NCBI GenBank assembly: GCA_965215335.1
Contig: CBDCDA010000002.1
Span: forward strand, 768,001-832,000
DNA: 64,000 nt
From: an uncultured Candidatus Entotheonella sp.
GTDB lineage: Bacteria; Tectomicrobia; Entotheonellia; Entotheonellales; Entotheonellaceae
Direction of reading: 5' to 3'
Positions within the stretch are counted from its first letter, which is position 1; every line of letters begins with the position of its first letter. Below are positions 44,201 to 54,516 of the stretch, piece after piece. The notes under the pieces are model-generated. The model saw nothing but the letters and a program-made list of their open reading frames with translations. It was not told the DNA's origin and did no database searches. The translations under genes and the position numbers were made by a program.

Positions 44201-44215
44201 TTTTGCAAGTGGCTC
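41208..44215 (+). mobile_element. IS1182/IS5-like element (transposase 42883-44013) carrying an IS66 in its 5' non-coding region
   Basis: IRs GAGCCTTTTGCAAAA / TTTTGCAAGTGGCTC (13/15 match); PSEATFSR, DSTAI, GYKLH, MDSA, RSTVERVNSRLK; no target duplication. Confidence 0.82.
41279..42805 (+). mobile_element. Single-ORF IS66-family element, copy 2 (one frameshift)
   Basis: GTAAGCGTTCAG IRs; 8-bp duplication GATCGTAC (41271-41278 / 42806-42813); G7 run at 42404-42410 shifts the frame. Confidence 0.95.
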
Positions 44216-44243
44216 ACCCGTCACCAATTCTGAAGCACGTCGC

Positions 44244-45734
44244 TCACAACCTTTCTTCCGAAAGCATCTCGGCGAATAACGCCGCCGTCCACTCCGGGGC
44301 GTCGAGGTGCCGTTGCAACAGGTCGTTCACGGATTCGCCCAGGGCGCTGGACCAGTAGTGGCGCAGCCAGGCGCCGCTGTCGGGGTTGCGGAACCAATCG
44401 GCGGCGAACTGCTGGCGTAGGGTGTCCATGAGAGCGCAGGTCAGGCTTTGGCTCCACAGGGCGGTGAGCGATTCGTAGTGCCAGTCGACGTCGAGAAGGT
44501 AGTACGCCGGCGCATAATCGACGCAGCAGGCTTCCATCATCAGGTCGCGGTAGGTGTCGGCGGCGCCGGCCAGGGAATCGGTAGTGTATAGGTGGCGGGT
44601 GAACAGGAACCGGCCCAACTGCCGGCGCAGGCGGTAAAGACGGTCGAGGCGGCGCCACAGCCGGTAATTTTCGTCAACGTGCACGGACAGGTAGTGCCGC
44701 AGCCAATCGGGATGGGCCACCAGTTCGGCCAGCAGGCCGGCGTTGCTGTCGGCGATGGCCGGGTCGGCGAGGAGACGGTGGACCAGCGGCAGGTCCGGGT
44801 AGGTGTGGGCCCACAACAGCGTGCGGCCCAAGGCGCTGGCCCAGAGGCCGGCGCTCTTGAGACTGCTGATGGGCGGGTAGGCGAGGAAGACCGCGTCGGG
44901 AATGTGAGGGGCGAGGGCCTCCGATGGGCCGAAGTGGGCGGGGCGTTCGCGCCAGGTCAGGCGGCCACCGGCGTTCGGGTCCAGCCCCATGTGCCGGCAG
45001 CAGGCTTGCATGGCAGGCACCAGCGCGCCCGGCTGGTAATACTGCTGGTACTCGGCGAAGGTGAACAGCGCCAGTACGTCGTGCCGCCGCAACTGGCTGA
45101 ACGGCAGGTGCAGGCGCTGCTTGACCGCCCAAGCGAGCAGGTCGACGTACATCTCGCGGGTTGCGTCCAGGACCTCGGTTGCCGTTTCCTGCTGCGCGGC
45201 GGCGTCAATGTCCGCGATGCGATACCACAGACCGTCCGGGGAATCGAAACCGAGGTCGGCGCCGGTGCGCCGGTGCGCTTCGAAGTATGCCTCAAAGGAT
45301 TCATTGACCGCGCCAAGCTGCGCCACAACGGCCGCTTCGATGGCTGCCCGCTGGTCGCGCCGGCGTTCGGCGGCCATGTGGGCAAAGGCGTGGCGCAGCG
45401 GGATAGCTTCTTCATCAACGTAACAGGTAGCGCCTTGTAGTCGGGATTGCGCGGCGTGCCAAGCCGGCCGCAGCCTTTGTTGCACGTGCATGCCGAGTCC
45501 CCAGGCGGTGAGGCGCCGCATGGCGGGACGCAGCGCTTCCGGGGCGTTGGCGCCGAGGTTGGCAAAAGCCCGGAGGGCGGGAACCGTGCAGACGGGTTCC
45601 GTCTGCACCATCGCCTCGGCCAGTCTGGCGTCCCGCACCCTGCCGGGCGGGGTGTCAAGGTGGGCCAAGGCAACGTTACGGTGGTAAGTCTTGCAGGCGT
45701 CGAGAAGCTGTTCCGGGCTGCCGGTGGAGGCCAT
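44244..45734 (-). CDS. M3 oligopeptidase-like protein lacking the HEXXH motif
   Basis: 496-aa helical ORF; HIPDAVFL...ASALGRTLLWAH..PDLP..R.L.D....DS resembles the M3-like zinc site with the ligands replaced. Confidence 0.6.
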   Translation of the reverse strand: MASTGSPEQLLDACKTYHRNVALAHLDTPPGRVRDARLAEAMVQTEPVCTVPALRAFANLGANAPEALRPAMRRLTAWGLGMHVQQRLRPAWHAAQSRLQGATCYVDEEAIPLRHAFAHMAAERRRDQRAAIEAAVVAQLGAVNESFEAYFEAHRRTGADLGFDSPDGLWYRIADIDAAAQQETATEVLDATREMYVDLLAWAVKQRLHLPFSQLRRHDVLALFTFAEYQQYYQPGALVPAMQACCRHMGLDPNAGGRLTWRERPAHFGPSEALAPHIPDAVFLAYPPISSLKSAGLWASALGRTLLWAHTYPDLPLVHRLLADPAIADSNAGLLAELVAHPDWLRHYLSVHVDENYRLWRRLDRLYRLRRQLGRFLFTRHLYTTDSLAGAADTYRDLMMEACCVDYAPAYYLLDVDWHYESLTALWSQSLTCALMDTLRQQFAADWFRNPDSGAWLRHYWSSALGESVNDLLQRHLDAPEWTAALFAEMLSEERL

Positions 45735-45756
45735 AGGCGGTTTGCGGCCCCCCGTC

Positions 45757-46038
45757 TTACCTGCGGCCGCCGGCGATCGCGGGGATGATGGCGACCTCAT
45801 CGCCGTCCCGCACAGCCGTGTTCGCACCGTCCATGAAACGGATGTCTTCGTCATTCAGATAAAGGTTGATGAACTTGCGGATGGCGCCGCTGTCGTCGCA
45901 CAGGCGCTCGCGAATGCCGGGAAACCGCGCGTCGAGTTCACCCACCACGCCGTCAATGGTGGTGCCGCCGACTTCGACTTCGCTCCGGTTCTGCGTAAAT
46001 TTCTGCAGCGGGGTAGGGATGCGTACTACGACAGGCAT
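45757..46038 (-). CDS. MoaD/CysO/SAMP-like ubiquitin-fold sulfur carrier
   Basis: VRIPTPL, FPGIRERL, FINLYLNDEDIRF, GDEVAIIPAIAGG followed by RR*; AAGGAG RBS. Confidence 0.92.
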   Translation of the reverse strand: MPVVVRIPTPLQKFTQNRSEVEVGGTTIDGVVGELDARFPGIRERLCDDSGAIRKFINLYLNDEDIRFMDGANTAVRDGDEVAIIPAIAGGRR

Positions 46039-46153
46039 ATCGACTCCTTCCTGACACGATTGGCACATCGGAGGCTTCCGGCAAGCCACGAAACGTGCAC
46101 ATTTCGCCGGTGGCCGCGAGTCCGTATTCGTGCGGGACGACCGGCGGCTCGGG

Positions 46154-48088
46154 CTAGAAAACATATTGCGGATTCACCACCAAATCGCCGTCGCGCAGCA
46201 GTTGCTGATACTGCGCGGCGAGGAATTCCCGAAACGCCTGGACCAATTGGTTTTGCTTCTGAGCAAGCAGCTGCCGGCGGTAATCCGGCAAGCCCGCCTT
46301 GAAGGTGCTCATGTCGGCGTCGCGGTACTCGATGACCTGAACCACGTAGGTGCGGTCGCCCTCGCCGACCGCTTCGGACTCGCCGGGTTGCAGCTGAAAC
46401 GCCGAGCGGCGGAACGCGCTCAGGTAGCCGAGACCGGGAACCGGCTCGTTGCGCCTGAACCAGCCGGTCTCGGCTACCTGCAACGCCAAAACGCCGGCCA
46501 GTTCTGCCAGCGATGCGCCGTCATTCAACTGCGTCATCCAGTCGTCGCCTTTCTCTGAAGCCAGGTCGGCGCCCTTGCTGTCGCGCGCGTCCTGCGCGAC
46601 GCGCGTCACGATGTCCGCCAGCGGCGGCACCGTGTCCGGTCGGGTCTCGGCGACCTGGAAGATATAGTGGTTGCCGTTCGTGCCGATCACCGCATCGACG
46701 GCCTGGCCGCGCAGCGCGAAGGCCCGACCGATGAGTTGCGGGGCGCCAGCCAGTTCCTCGATGAACCCGGCGGCCTCGACGAAGGGCGTCATTGCCACTT
46801 CCAGGCCATTCTGGGCCGCCAGTTCCGCGAACCGCTCCGGCGCCTCATCCATTGCGACCACGAGGTCGTCCACGAAGACCAGGGCGGCTTCCCGGGCCTT
46901 CTGCTCCTGGAGGGCGTCGATGACTTCCTGGCTCGCCTCCGCGAGCGGCTTGGGGCCGGCTTCCATCCGCTCCTCGAGGAGCAGGATGTGGAAGCCTAAC
47001 GCGGTACGCACCAGGTCGCTGAGTTCCCCAACGGGCAGCGCAAAAGCGGCATCTTCAAGCGGTGGCACCATCTGGCCGCGCGGGAAGAAACCGAGATCAC
47101 CGCCCGCCTCGGCGGTGCCTTCGTCCTCCGAATGTTCGGCGGCCGCAGCCGCAAAATCAGCGCCGCCGCGCAACTCGTCGAGCACGCCCTGGGCGAGACT
47201 GCGCACCCGTTCCTCGCGCTCCGCAGAGGCATTCTCGGGCAGCCTGAACAGAATATGCCGGGCACGCGCCTCCTCTCGCCGGACAAAGGCCTCCGGGTGG
47301 CTGTCATAATACGCGCTGACTTCGTCGTCGGAGAATTCTCGCGCCACCTGAAAGGGCTCTGCGGTCACGACAAGGTAGCGAATCTGCCGCCGCTCGGGCT
47401 CGCGGTAGGATTCCTTGTGCGTATCGTAGTAAGTCCGTACCTCCTCGTCACCGACGACCGCTTCGTCCTCGAACAGGCTCGGAACGAGCGTGACGTAGCG
47501 CACGTTCACCTGCTGGTGCTCGTGACGGTAGGCCCGTTCGGCTTCGGTATCGGTCACTTGAGCGCCCTGCTGCACCATGGCATAAACCTTGGCCTGCATC
47601 AGACTGCGGCGCTGTTCATCCTCGAATTGTTGTACGGATACGGGGGGCACCACGCTTGCCAGAGCGGTGCGGTAACGGCTGGAATCGAATTGCCCCGGCG
47701 GGTTTTGAAAACCGGGCTGGCGGGTGATGTGGTCATAGAGCTCGGCGTCGGTAACCACCAGGTCGTTTTCTTCGGCCATGCGTAAGAGCAGGGCGCGGCT
47801 GACGATCTGCTCAAGGGCCATCTGACGGAAGTTGAAGTGCTCGCGCAGGTCCACGTCGGGCTGGTTGTCGAAGACCTGCCGGTATTGCCGATACAAGGTG
47901 TTTTGTGTGCGCTGGAATTCAGCCGCCTCGATCCCCTGGCCCCACAGCGTGGCCACTTCCGTGCGCGTCGGGCCGGAGCTGGACTGCACGCCCCAGGAAT
48001 AGAAAATAGTTACCACAAAGGCAAGGACGACAGCCCACAACACGCCCTTGATCATCCATGCCTGAGCCTCGCGCATCTGTTTCAACAT
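46154..48088 (-). CDS. ppiD: PpiD/SurA-N domain parvulin-type peptidyl-prolyl isomerase
   Basis: N-terminal membrane anchor; [32 protein letters not shown]. Confidence 0.88.
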   Translation of the reverse strand: MLKQMREAQAWMIKGVLWAVVLAFVVTIFYSWGVQSSSGPTRTEVATLWGQGIEAAEFQRTQNTLYRQYRQVFDNQPDVDLREHFNFRQMALEQIVSRALLLRMAEENDLVVTDAELYDHITRQPGFQNPPGQFDSSRYRTALASVVPPVSVQQFEDEQRRSLMQAKVYAMVQQGAQVTDTEAERAYRHEHQQVNVRYVTLVPSLFEDEAVVGDEEVRTYYDTHKESYREPERRQIRYLVVTAEPFQVAREFSDDEVSAYYDSHPEAFVRREEARARHILFRLPENASAEREERVRSLAQGVLDELRGGADFAAAAAEHSEDEGTAEAGGDLGFFPRGQMVPPLEDAAFALPVGELSDLVRTALGFHILLLEERMEAGPKPLAEASQEVIDALQEQKAREAALVFVDDLVVAMDEAPERFAELAAQNGLEVAMTPFVEAAGFIEELAGAPQLIGRAFALRGQAVDAVIGTNGNHYIFQVAETRPDTVPPLADIVTRVAQDARDSKGADLASEKGDDWMTQLNDGASLAELAGVLALQVAETGWFRRNEPVPGLGYLSAFRRSAFQLQPGESEAVGEGDRTYVVQVIEYRDADMSTFKAGLPDYRRQLLAQKQNQLVQAFREFLAAQYQQLLRDGDLVVNPQYVF

Positions 48089-48256
48089 CGGGGTCCCCTT
48101 GCGTATCGGCCGAGCATCGCGGCCTTCTTGCCGTGCCGTTGTTGCCGATTTTGTTTCTCGTTATAGTGAAGCACCTTGGGCAGGGGTTCCGCCAAGCAGG
48201 CTTGGACACCGGAACCGTGACTATAGCGTAAACACCAGCGAGTTGTAAACGCCGCC

Positions 48257-49387
48257 ATGACCGCCACGATTTCCCCCGCTGCCGCATCCTGGCTGGCTCT
48301 CAACATGGTATGCGACAACTGGCCAGCCGTGCGCGGGCAGATCGCCCGGCACACGGCGACACCGGACGCCCTGTCGCGGTTGCAGCGTCACGGCGTGCCG
48401 GAACTGGAGCGGGTGGTTCCCGGCCTCGGCGACAAGCTGGCCGCGGTACGCCAGGGTGTGGCGTTCGCGCAGGAATGCGAACGCCTGGAGGCCAACTGGG
48501 CGCAGCTCGTCACCTTTGCCGACGTGTCATACCCCGACCTGCTGCGCTGGCTGCCGGAGCCGCCGCCGGCGCTGTACGTGCGCGGCGAGTTGCTGCCCGA
48601 GGACAGGCTTGCCATCGCAGTAGTCGGGTCGCGCCGCCCGAGCCGCTACGGCCAGTTGATGGCCAGGCGCTTCGGCGTTGAGCTGGCGGAGCACGGCTTC
48701 ACGGTCGTCAGCGGTCTGGCGCGCGGGATTGACAGCTTGGCGCACCAGGGAGCGCTGCAAGCCGGCGGCAGGACCCTTGCCGTACTCGGCTGCGGTGTCA
48801 ATCGCATTTACCCCGCCGAGCATCGCCGCTTGTACGATGCCATTCGCGGCCAGGGCGCCGTGGTGTCGGAGTTTTCCTTCGACACCAAACCCGACCGCTG
48901 GAATTTCCCGCGCCGCAACCGTATCATCAGCGGCCTGTCGCTAGGCGTTCTCGTGGTCGAAGCCCCCGACCGCAGTGGCTCGCTGCATACCGCGCACCAC
49001 GCCGTCGAACAGGGCCGCGAGGTGTTCGCGGTGCCGGGTCGCATCGACGCTGAAAGCAGTCGTGGCACGCATCGCCTGATCCAAGGGGGCGCCAAGCTGG
49101 TGACCGGTATCGGCGATATTCTGGACGAACTGCCCGAGGCGGTGCGAACCTCGGCCCTGCAGCAGCACGCTGCGGCACAGGCGTCGGCCGAGGAAGAGCC
49201 GCCAGATCTGTCGCCGCAGGAAGTGCGGGTTCTTGGGCTGCTCAGCGGCGAGGAGAGTCACATCGAAACGGTGATTCACGCCAGCCAATTGCCAGCCCAC
49301 GTTGTCGCCAGTATATTAGCCACCCTTGAGTTGCGAGGCATGGTGCGGCAGTTCCCCGGCAAATTCTTCGTACGAAGTCGATCCTGA
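48257..49387 (+). CDS. dprA: DNA-processing protein DprA
   Basis: VVGSR, VSGLARGID, FPRRNRIISGLS, GREVFAVPG. Confidence 0.95.
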   Translation: MTATISPAAASWLALNMVCDNWPAVRGQIARHTATPDALSRLQRHGVPELERVVPGLGDKLAAVRQGVAFAQECERLEANWAQLVTFADVSYPDLLRWLPEPPPALYVRGELLPEDRLAIAVVGSRRPSRYGQLMARRFGVELAEHGFTVVSGLARGIDSLAHQGALQAGGRTLAVLGCGVNRIYPAEHRRLYDAIRGQGAVVSEFSFDTKPDRWNFPRRNRIISGLSLGVLVVEAPDRSGSLHTAHHAVEQGREVFAVPGRIDAESSRGTHRLIQGGAKLVTGIGDILDELPEAVRTSALQQHAAAQASAEEEPPDLSPQEVRVLGLLSGEESHIETVIHASQLPAHVVASILATLELRGMVRQFPGKFFVRSRS

Positions 49388-49429
49388 AACCTTAGAACGA
49401 CCCCGGCACGTGGGGAGTGATGACCGATC

Positions 49430-51712
49430 ATGGCAAAATCCCTGATTATTGTTGAATCCCCGGCGAAAGCACGAACGATCAAGAAATATCTGGGTCCCGA
49501 CTACACGGTGAAGGCATCGGTGGGACACGTGAAGGACCTGCCCAAGCGGCGCCTGGGCATCGACATGGCGCGCAATTTCACACCGGAGTACGTCACCATT
49601 CAGGGTAAGAAGCAGGTGTTGCGGGAACTGCGGTCGGAGGCCAAAAAGGCGGCACGGGTGTTCCTGGCGCCGGACCCGGACCGTGAAGGCGAGGCGATTG
49701 CCTGGCACATTGCCAGTGAGTTGCATCAGACGCCCCCGGGTCAGGTGTACCGCGTGCTGTTGAACGAGATCACCCGCAAGGGCGTGTCCGAGGCACTGCA
49801 AAATCCCGGGCGCATCGACGAGCACAAGGTATCGGCGCAGCAGGCGCGCCGTCTGCTCGATCGGCTGGTCGGCTACAAAATCAGTCCGCTGCTGTGGCAG
49901 AACGTTCAGGGCGGCTTGAGTGCCGGGCGGGTGCAGTCGGTGGCGCTGCGCATCATCTGTGACCGTGAACAGGCCATCAAGGCGTTCGTGCCGCGCGAGT
50001 ACTGGAGCATCAGGGCCACCATGGCGGCGGACCCGGAGAAGCCGTTCAAGGCATACCTGCACGCCATCAAGGGCAAGAAGGCGAACATCGCCACCGGGGA
50101 AGAGGCCGAGCGTATCCTGGCTGGCCTGCGCGGCGCGCGTTACGTGGTTACCAGAGTCCGAAAAACCGCCCGACGGCGTCAGCCTGCCCCACCCTTTACC
50201 ACCAGCACCCTGCAGCAGGAGGCAGTCCGCAAGCTGCGCTTCACCGCCCGGCGCACCATGGGAGTGGCGCAGCGGCTGTACGAGGGTCTGCCCATCGGCG
50301 ATGCCGGCGAAACCGGCCTGATTACCTACATGCGGACCGATTCGACGCGGCTGGCCGACGATGCGGTGCAGGAGGCGCAGACCTACATTGCCGAGCATTA
50401 TGGCAAGGACTATGTGGCGGCCAAGCCGCGCAAGCATCGCCAGCAGAAGGGGGCGCAGGAGGCGCACGAGGCGATCCGGCCCACGTCGGTACTGCGCTCG
50501 CCGGACAATCTCAAGCCGCACCTGTCCGCCGAGCAGCTCGCCCTCTACAGGCTGATCTGGAACCGGCTGGTGGCCAGCCAGATGAGCGCGGCGGTCATCG
50601 ACCAGACGCGGGTTGACATGGAAGCGGCGCCGTATACGTTCCGCGCCACTGGCGCGGTGATGCGGTTCGCGGGCTTCACGGTGCTGTACGAGGAATCGCG
50701 GGCCGAGTCCACTGCCGACGGCGACGAGGACGGCCACAACCCGACGTTGCCGCCGCTGCAGGAGGGCCAGCAGGTGGAGGCCCGCGAACTGGTGCCCAAT
50801 CAGCATTTCACGCAGCCGCCGCCGCGCTACACCGAGGCTTCCTTGGTCAGCGAGCTGGAAAAGCTCGGCATCGGGCGGCCCAGTACCTACGCTTCCATCC
50901 TCAGCACTCTGCGCGACCGGCAGTACGTGGAGGACCAGGAGCGCAAGCTCGTGCCCACCGAGCTCGGTATCACCATCACCGGCCTGTTGGTCGAGAATTT
51001 TCCCGACTTGCTGAACGTGCAGTTCACCGCGCAGTTGGAGGACAAGCTCGATCAGATCGAAGCGGGCCGGGACGATTGGGTGGACACCCTGCACGGCTTC
51101 TACGACTCGTTCGAGGTGGATCTGCAACGCGCCACGCAGAAGATGCGCGCCATCAAGAAGGAAGTCGAAGAGACGGATGAGGTGTGCGACAAATGCGGCA
51201 GTGGTATGGTGATTCGCCGGGGACGATTCGGGCGCTTCATGGCCTGCTCGTCGTATCCGACGTGCAAGAACACCGCGGAATTGCCATCGTCCACGAACGG
51301 CGCCGCACAGACCACCCGACAGCCGCAGACCGAGACATTGTGCGACAAGTGCGGCAAGCCGATGGCCGTGCGTCGGGGACGGTTCGGGGAGTTTCTGGCG
51401 TGCACCGGCTATCCCGAGTGCAAGACGACGCGCCCGCTCGCCGGGGTGGTCATGGATTGTCCCGAAGATGGCTGCGGTGGCGTCATCGTGCAGCGGCGCT
51501 CGCGGCGTGGGCGTGTTTTCTTCGGCTGTAACAACTACCCGAAGTGCACGTTCGCCACCTGGCAGCCCCCGGTGCCGCAGCCCTGTGCACAGTGTGCCGC
51601 GCCGTATCTCCTCGAAAAGCGCACCAAGAAGGGTGTCATCCTGCGTTGCCCGCGGTGCGTTACCGAAACGGCTGCCGCGTCCGCGGCAGAACCGCAAGCA
51701 GTTTTGCCATGA
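49430..51712 (+). CDS. topA: DNA topoisomerase I
   Basis: IVESPAKA, DPDREGEAI, SAGRVQS, ITYMRTDS, C-terminal Zn ribbons. Confidence 0.98.
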   Translation: MAKSLIIVESPAKARTIKKYLGPDYTVKASVGHVKDLPKRRLGIDMARNFTPEYVTIQGKKQVLRELRSEAKKAARVFLAPDPDREGEAIAWHIASELHQTPPGQVYRVLLNEITRKGVSEALQNPGRIDEHKVSAQQARRLLDRLVGYKISPLLWQNVQGGLSAGRVQSVALRIICDREQAIKAFVPREYWSIRATMAADPEKPFKAYLHAIKGKKANIATGEEAERILAGLRGARYVVTRVRKTARRRQPAPPFTTSTLQQEAVRKLRFTARRTMGVAQRLYEGLPIGDAGETGLITYMRTDSTRLADDAVQEAQTYIAEHYGKDYVAAKPRKHRQQKGAQEAHEAIRPTSVLRSPDNLKPHLSAEQLALYRLIWNRLVASQMSAAVIDQTRVDMEAAPYTFRATGAVMRFAGFTVLYEESRAESTADGDEDGHNPTLPPLQEGQQVEARELVPNQHFTQPPPRYTEASLVSELEKLGIGRPSTYASILSTLRDRQYVEDQERKLVPTELGITITGLLVENFPDLLNVQFTAQLEDKLDQIEAGRDDWVDTLHGFYDSFEVDLQRATQKMRAIKKEVEETDEVCDKCGSGMVIRRGRFGRFMACSSYPTCKNTAELPSSTNGAAQTTRQPQTETLCDKCGKPMAVRRGRFGEFLACTGYPECKTTRPLAGVVMDCPEDGCGGVIVQRRSRRGRVFFGCNNYPKCTFATWQPPVPQPCAQCAAPYLLEKRTKKGVILRCPRCVTETAAASAAEPQAVLP

Positions 51713-53022
51713 ATGCCCGCCCAGTCGCGGTGATTGGTGGCGGCCTGGCCGGCGCCGAGGCGGCTTTCCAGATCGCCGCTCGCGGGGTGCCCGTCCGGCT
51801 TTACGAAATGCGCCCCGAAACGCCCACCCGCGTGCACCGCTCCGACCTCCTCGGCGAGCTGGTGTGCAGCAATTCCCTCAAAGCGGATACCCTGTCATCG
51901 GCGCACGGCCTGCTGAAAGCCGAAATGCGGCAGCTTGACTCCCTGGTGCTGCGTGCCGCCGATGCCTGTCGCGTGCCAGCGGGGTCGGCGCTGGCGGTCG
52001 ACCGGGAACAGTTTGCGCGCTATCTCACCGATGCCGTCTGCCGCCATCCCGGCATCGCATTGATCCGCGAAGAGGTGACGGCCTTACCGTCGGACGGCCA
52101 TACCATTGTCGCCAGCGGTCCCCTGACCTCCGAAGCGCTGACTGCCGATATCCAGCGCCGCGTGGGGGCTGAGCATCTGTACTTTTATGACGCCCTGTCG
52201 CCCATCGTGGCCGCCGATTCGATCGATTACGCCAAGACCTTCTTCGCCTCGCGCTACGACCGCGGCGACGGCAAGGATTACGTCAACTGCGCCCTGGACC
52301 GCGACCTGTACGAGCAACTCTGCGAGGCCCTGTGCGATGCCGATCGCGTGGCGCTGCACGCGGTGGAGCGGGAGTTGTTTTTCGAGGGCTGCCTGCCGGT
52401 CGAAGAAATGGCGCGCCGCGGTCCGCAGACCCTGGTCTTCGGGCCGCTCAAGCCGGTTGGTCTGACGCTGCCGGGCCGGCCGCAGCCCTACGCCGTGGTG
52501 CAGCTTCGCCTCGAGGACCGCCTGCGCAGCGCCTACAACATGGTGGGCTTTCAAACACGCCTGAAGTACGGCGAGCAACGCCGCATTTTCCGCATGGTCC
52601 CCGGCCTGGAGCAGGCGGTGTTCCTGCGTCTGGGATCGGTGCACCGCAATACCTTCCTCAACGCGCCGCGCCTGCTGCTCCCGACGCTGCAGACGAAGCG
52701 CGACCCGGACCTGCTGTTTGCTGGGCAGATAACCGGGGTGGAAGGGTACGTGGAATCGGCGGCGACCGGCCTGCTGGCCGGTCTCAATGCGGTCGCCCTG
52801 TACCGTGGTGACGCGCCGGCTGTGCCGCCCCCGACCTCGGCGCACGGGGCCCTGGTGCACTACATCTCCGGGGCGTGCCCCGACACCTTTCAGCCGATGA
52901 ACATCAACTTTGGGCTGTTGCCCGCTTTGCAAACCCCGGTGAGCCGCAAGCGGCTGCGGCGCGAGGCCATGATCGACCGCGCCCTGACAGATTTGCGGGA
53001 CTGGCGGCAGAAGGTGGCATGA
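51709..53022 (+). CDS. trmFO: Folate-dependent tRNA U54 methyltransferase TrmFO (Gid)
   Basis: IGGGLAGAEAA, ELVCSNS, FEGCLPVE, AGQITGVEGY, FQPMNINFG; ATGA overlap with topA. Confidence 0.96.
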   Translation: MNARPVAVIGGGLAGAEAAFQIAARGVPVRLYEMRPETPTRVHRSDLLGELVCSNSLKADTLSSAHGLLKAEMRQLDSLVLRAADACRVPAGSALAVDREQFARYLTDAVCRHPGIALIREEVTALPSDGHTIVASGPLTSEALTADIQRRVGAEHLYFYDALSPIVAADSIDYAKTFFASRYDRGDGKDYVNCALDRDLYEQLCEALCDADRVALHAVERELFFEGCLPVEEMARRGPQTLVFGPLKPVGLTLPGRPQPYAVVQLRLEDRLRSAYNMVGFQTRLKYGEQRRIFRMVPGLEQAVFLRLGSVHRNTFLNAPRLLLPTLQTKRDPDLLFAGQITGVEGYVESAATGLLAGLNAVALYRGDAPAVPPPTSAHGALVHYISGACPDTFQPMNINFGLLPALQTPVSRKRLRREAMIDRALTDLRDWRQKVA

Positions 53023-53026
53023 CGCC

Positions 53027-53968
53027 ATGCAGACTTACCTGGACGTTTTCCAAACCCACCTTGTGAACGAGCGACATGTGTCCCCCCACACCGTGCGCAA
53101 CTACCTGAGCGACCTGCGGCAATTTCTGGAGGTCATGACGGCGGCGAGGGGGGAGGACGCGGCGTCGCTCAGCCACCCCGATCAGATCAATGCCGGCATG
53201 ATTCGGGCGCATCTCAAGGTCCTGTATCAGCGAGGTGTTGAAGCAAGGACGCTGGGGCGCAAGCTGGCGAGCCTGCGCAGTTTTCTGCAGTTGATGGAGC
53301 GCCGCGGGCACGTCAATACCAACGTCGCACGCGCTGTTCGTACACCCAAGGCGCCACGTCCACTGCCCAACACGCTGCCGATCGATCACGTCTTCGCGCT
53401 GCTCGACGCGCCGCAAGGTCCCGGCCCCAATGCAGCCGTTCCATGGCTGCGACAGCGCGATCAGGCCATCCTGGAGCTGTTCTACGCCAGCGGCGTTCGC
53501 GTCAGCGAATTGGCGGCCCTCGACGTGCGGAGCGTCAATCTGGCGGCGGGCGTTATGCGGGTGCTCGGCAAGGGCAACCGCGAGCGCCAGGTCTTCTTCG
53601 GCAAGACCGCCGCACAGGCCCTGCGGGACTACTTCGAAGCGCGAGAAATCGGCGGCCTCGGTCAGTCCGAACCGGCGCTTTTTCTCAACCGCCACGGCCA
53701 CCGGCTCAGCGCCCGCGGCGTGCAGTTACTCATCAAAAAACACTGCCGCCGTACCGGCATCTCCACGCGTACCAGCCCGCACACCTTGCGGCACGCCTTT
53801 GCCACGCATTTGCTGGACAACGGCGCGGACCTGCGCAGCATCCAGGAACTGCTGGGGCACCAGCAGCTTTCCACCACGCAGAAGTACACCCATGTGAGCG
53901 TCGACCGCATGCTCGACGTGTACGATCAAGCGCACCCACGCGCACGGCGGCCGCAGGGGAACACATGA
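53027..53968 (+). CDS. xerC: Tyrosine recombinase XerC
   Basis: [29 protein letters not shown]; conserved trmFO-xerC-hslVU context. Confidence 0.92.
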   Translation: MQTYLDVFQTHLVNERHVSPHTVRNYLSDLRQFLEVMTAARGEDAASLSHPDQINAGMIRAHLKVLYQRGVEARTLGRKLASLRSFLQLMERRGHVNTNVARAVRTPKAPRPLPNTLPIDHVFALLDAPQGPGPNAAVPWLRQRDQAILELFYASGVRVSELAALDVRSVNLAAGVMRVLGKGNRERQVFFGKTAAQALRDYFEAREIGGLGQSEPALFLNRHGHRLSARGVQLLIKKHCRRTGISTRTSPHTLRHAFATHLLDNGADLRSIQELLGHQQLSTTQKYTHVSVDRMLDVYDQAHPRARRPQGNT

Positions 53969-54492
53969 TCCGCAGCACGACCATTCTATGCGTACGCCGC
54001 AACGGCCAGGTGGCGATGGCGGGCGACGGTCAGGTGAGTTTCAACACGACCGTCATGAAGCACGGTGCCCGCAAGATCCGCAAGGTGCATCACGATCAGG
54101 CGCTGACCGGGTTCGCCGGCACCGCGGCCGATGCCTTCACCCTGGTTGACCGTTTCGAGACCAAGCTGGAGGAATATCAGGGCAGCCTGATCCGCGCCGC
54201 CGTGGAGCTTGCCAAGGACTGGCGTGCCGACCGCGTTCTACGGCGCCTGGAGGCGCTGCTCGCCGTGGCGGACCGGGAGACCTCGTTGATTCTCTCAGGT
54301 ACAGGGGATATCATTGAGCCCGACGACGGCGTCATTGGCATTGGTTCCGGGGGTTCCTACGCCTTGGCCGCCGCCCGCGCTTTGCAGCAGCATACGCAAC
54401 TCGGTGCTCGTGAGATTGCCGAAACGGCCATGCGTATCGCGGCTGACATCTGCATATACACGAATGACCACCTCAGCGTCGAAGAACTCTAA
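53965..54492 (+). CDS. hslV: ATP-dependent protease subunit HslV
   Basis: STTIL, AGDGQV, GFAG, IGSGG, CIYTN. Confidence 0.97.
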   Translation: MIRSTTILCVRRNGQVAMAGDGQVSFNTTVMKHGARKIRKVHHDQALTGFAGTAADAFTLVDRFETKLEEYQGSLIRAAVELAKDWRADRVLRRLEALLAVADRETSLILSGTGDIIEPDDGVIGIGSGGSYALAAARALQQHTQLGAREIAETAMRIAADICIYTNDHLSVEEL

Positions 54493-54516
54493 CCCCTTCT
54501 CTCAGCAGGATGCCGT

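Noticed and set aside
46039..46153. Possible riboswitch upstream of the MoaD-like gene
   Set aside because: GC-rich pairing is possible, but I recognised no Moco, SAM or TPP consensus; an Rfam scan would be needed
49316..51697. 793-aa minus-strand ORF
   Set aside because: Antisense shadow of topA; the same applies to 15597-17171, 25066-26895 and 34651-36411
53027..53968. Tyrosine recombinase as a prophage or island integrase
   Set aside because: It sits in the conserved topA-trmFO-xerC-hslVU block; no att sites or phage genes are present
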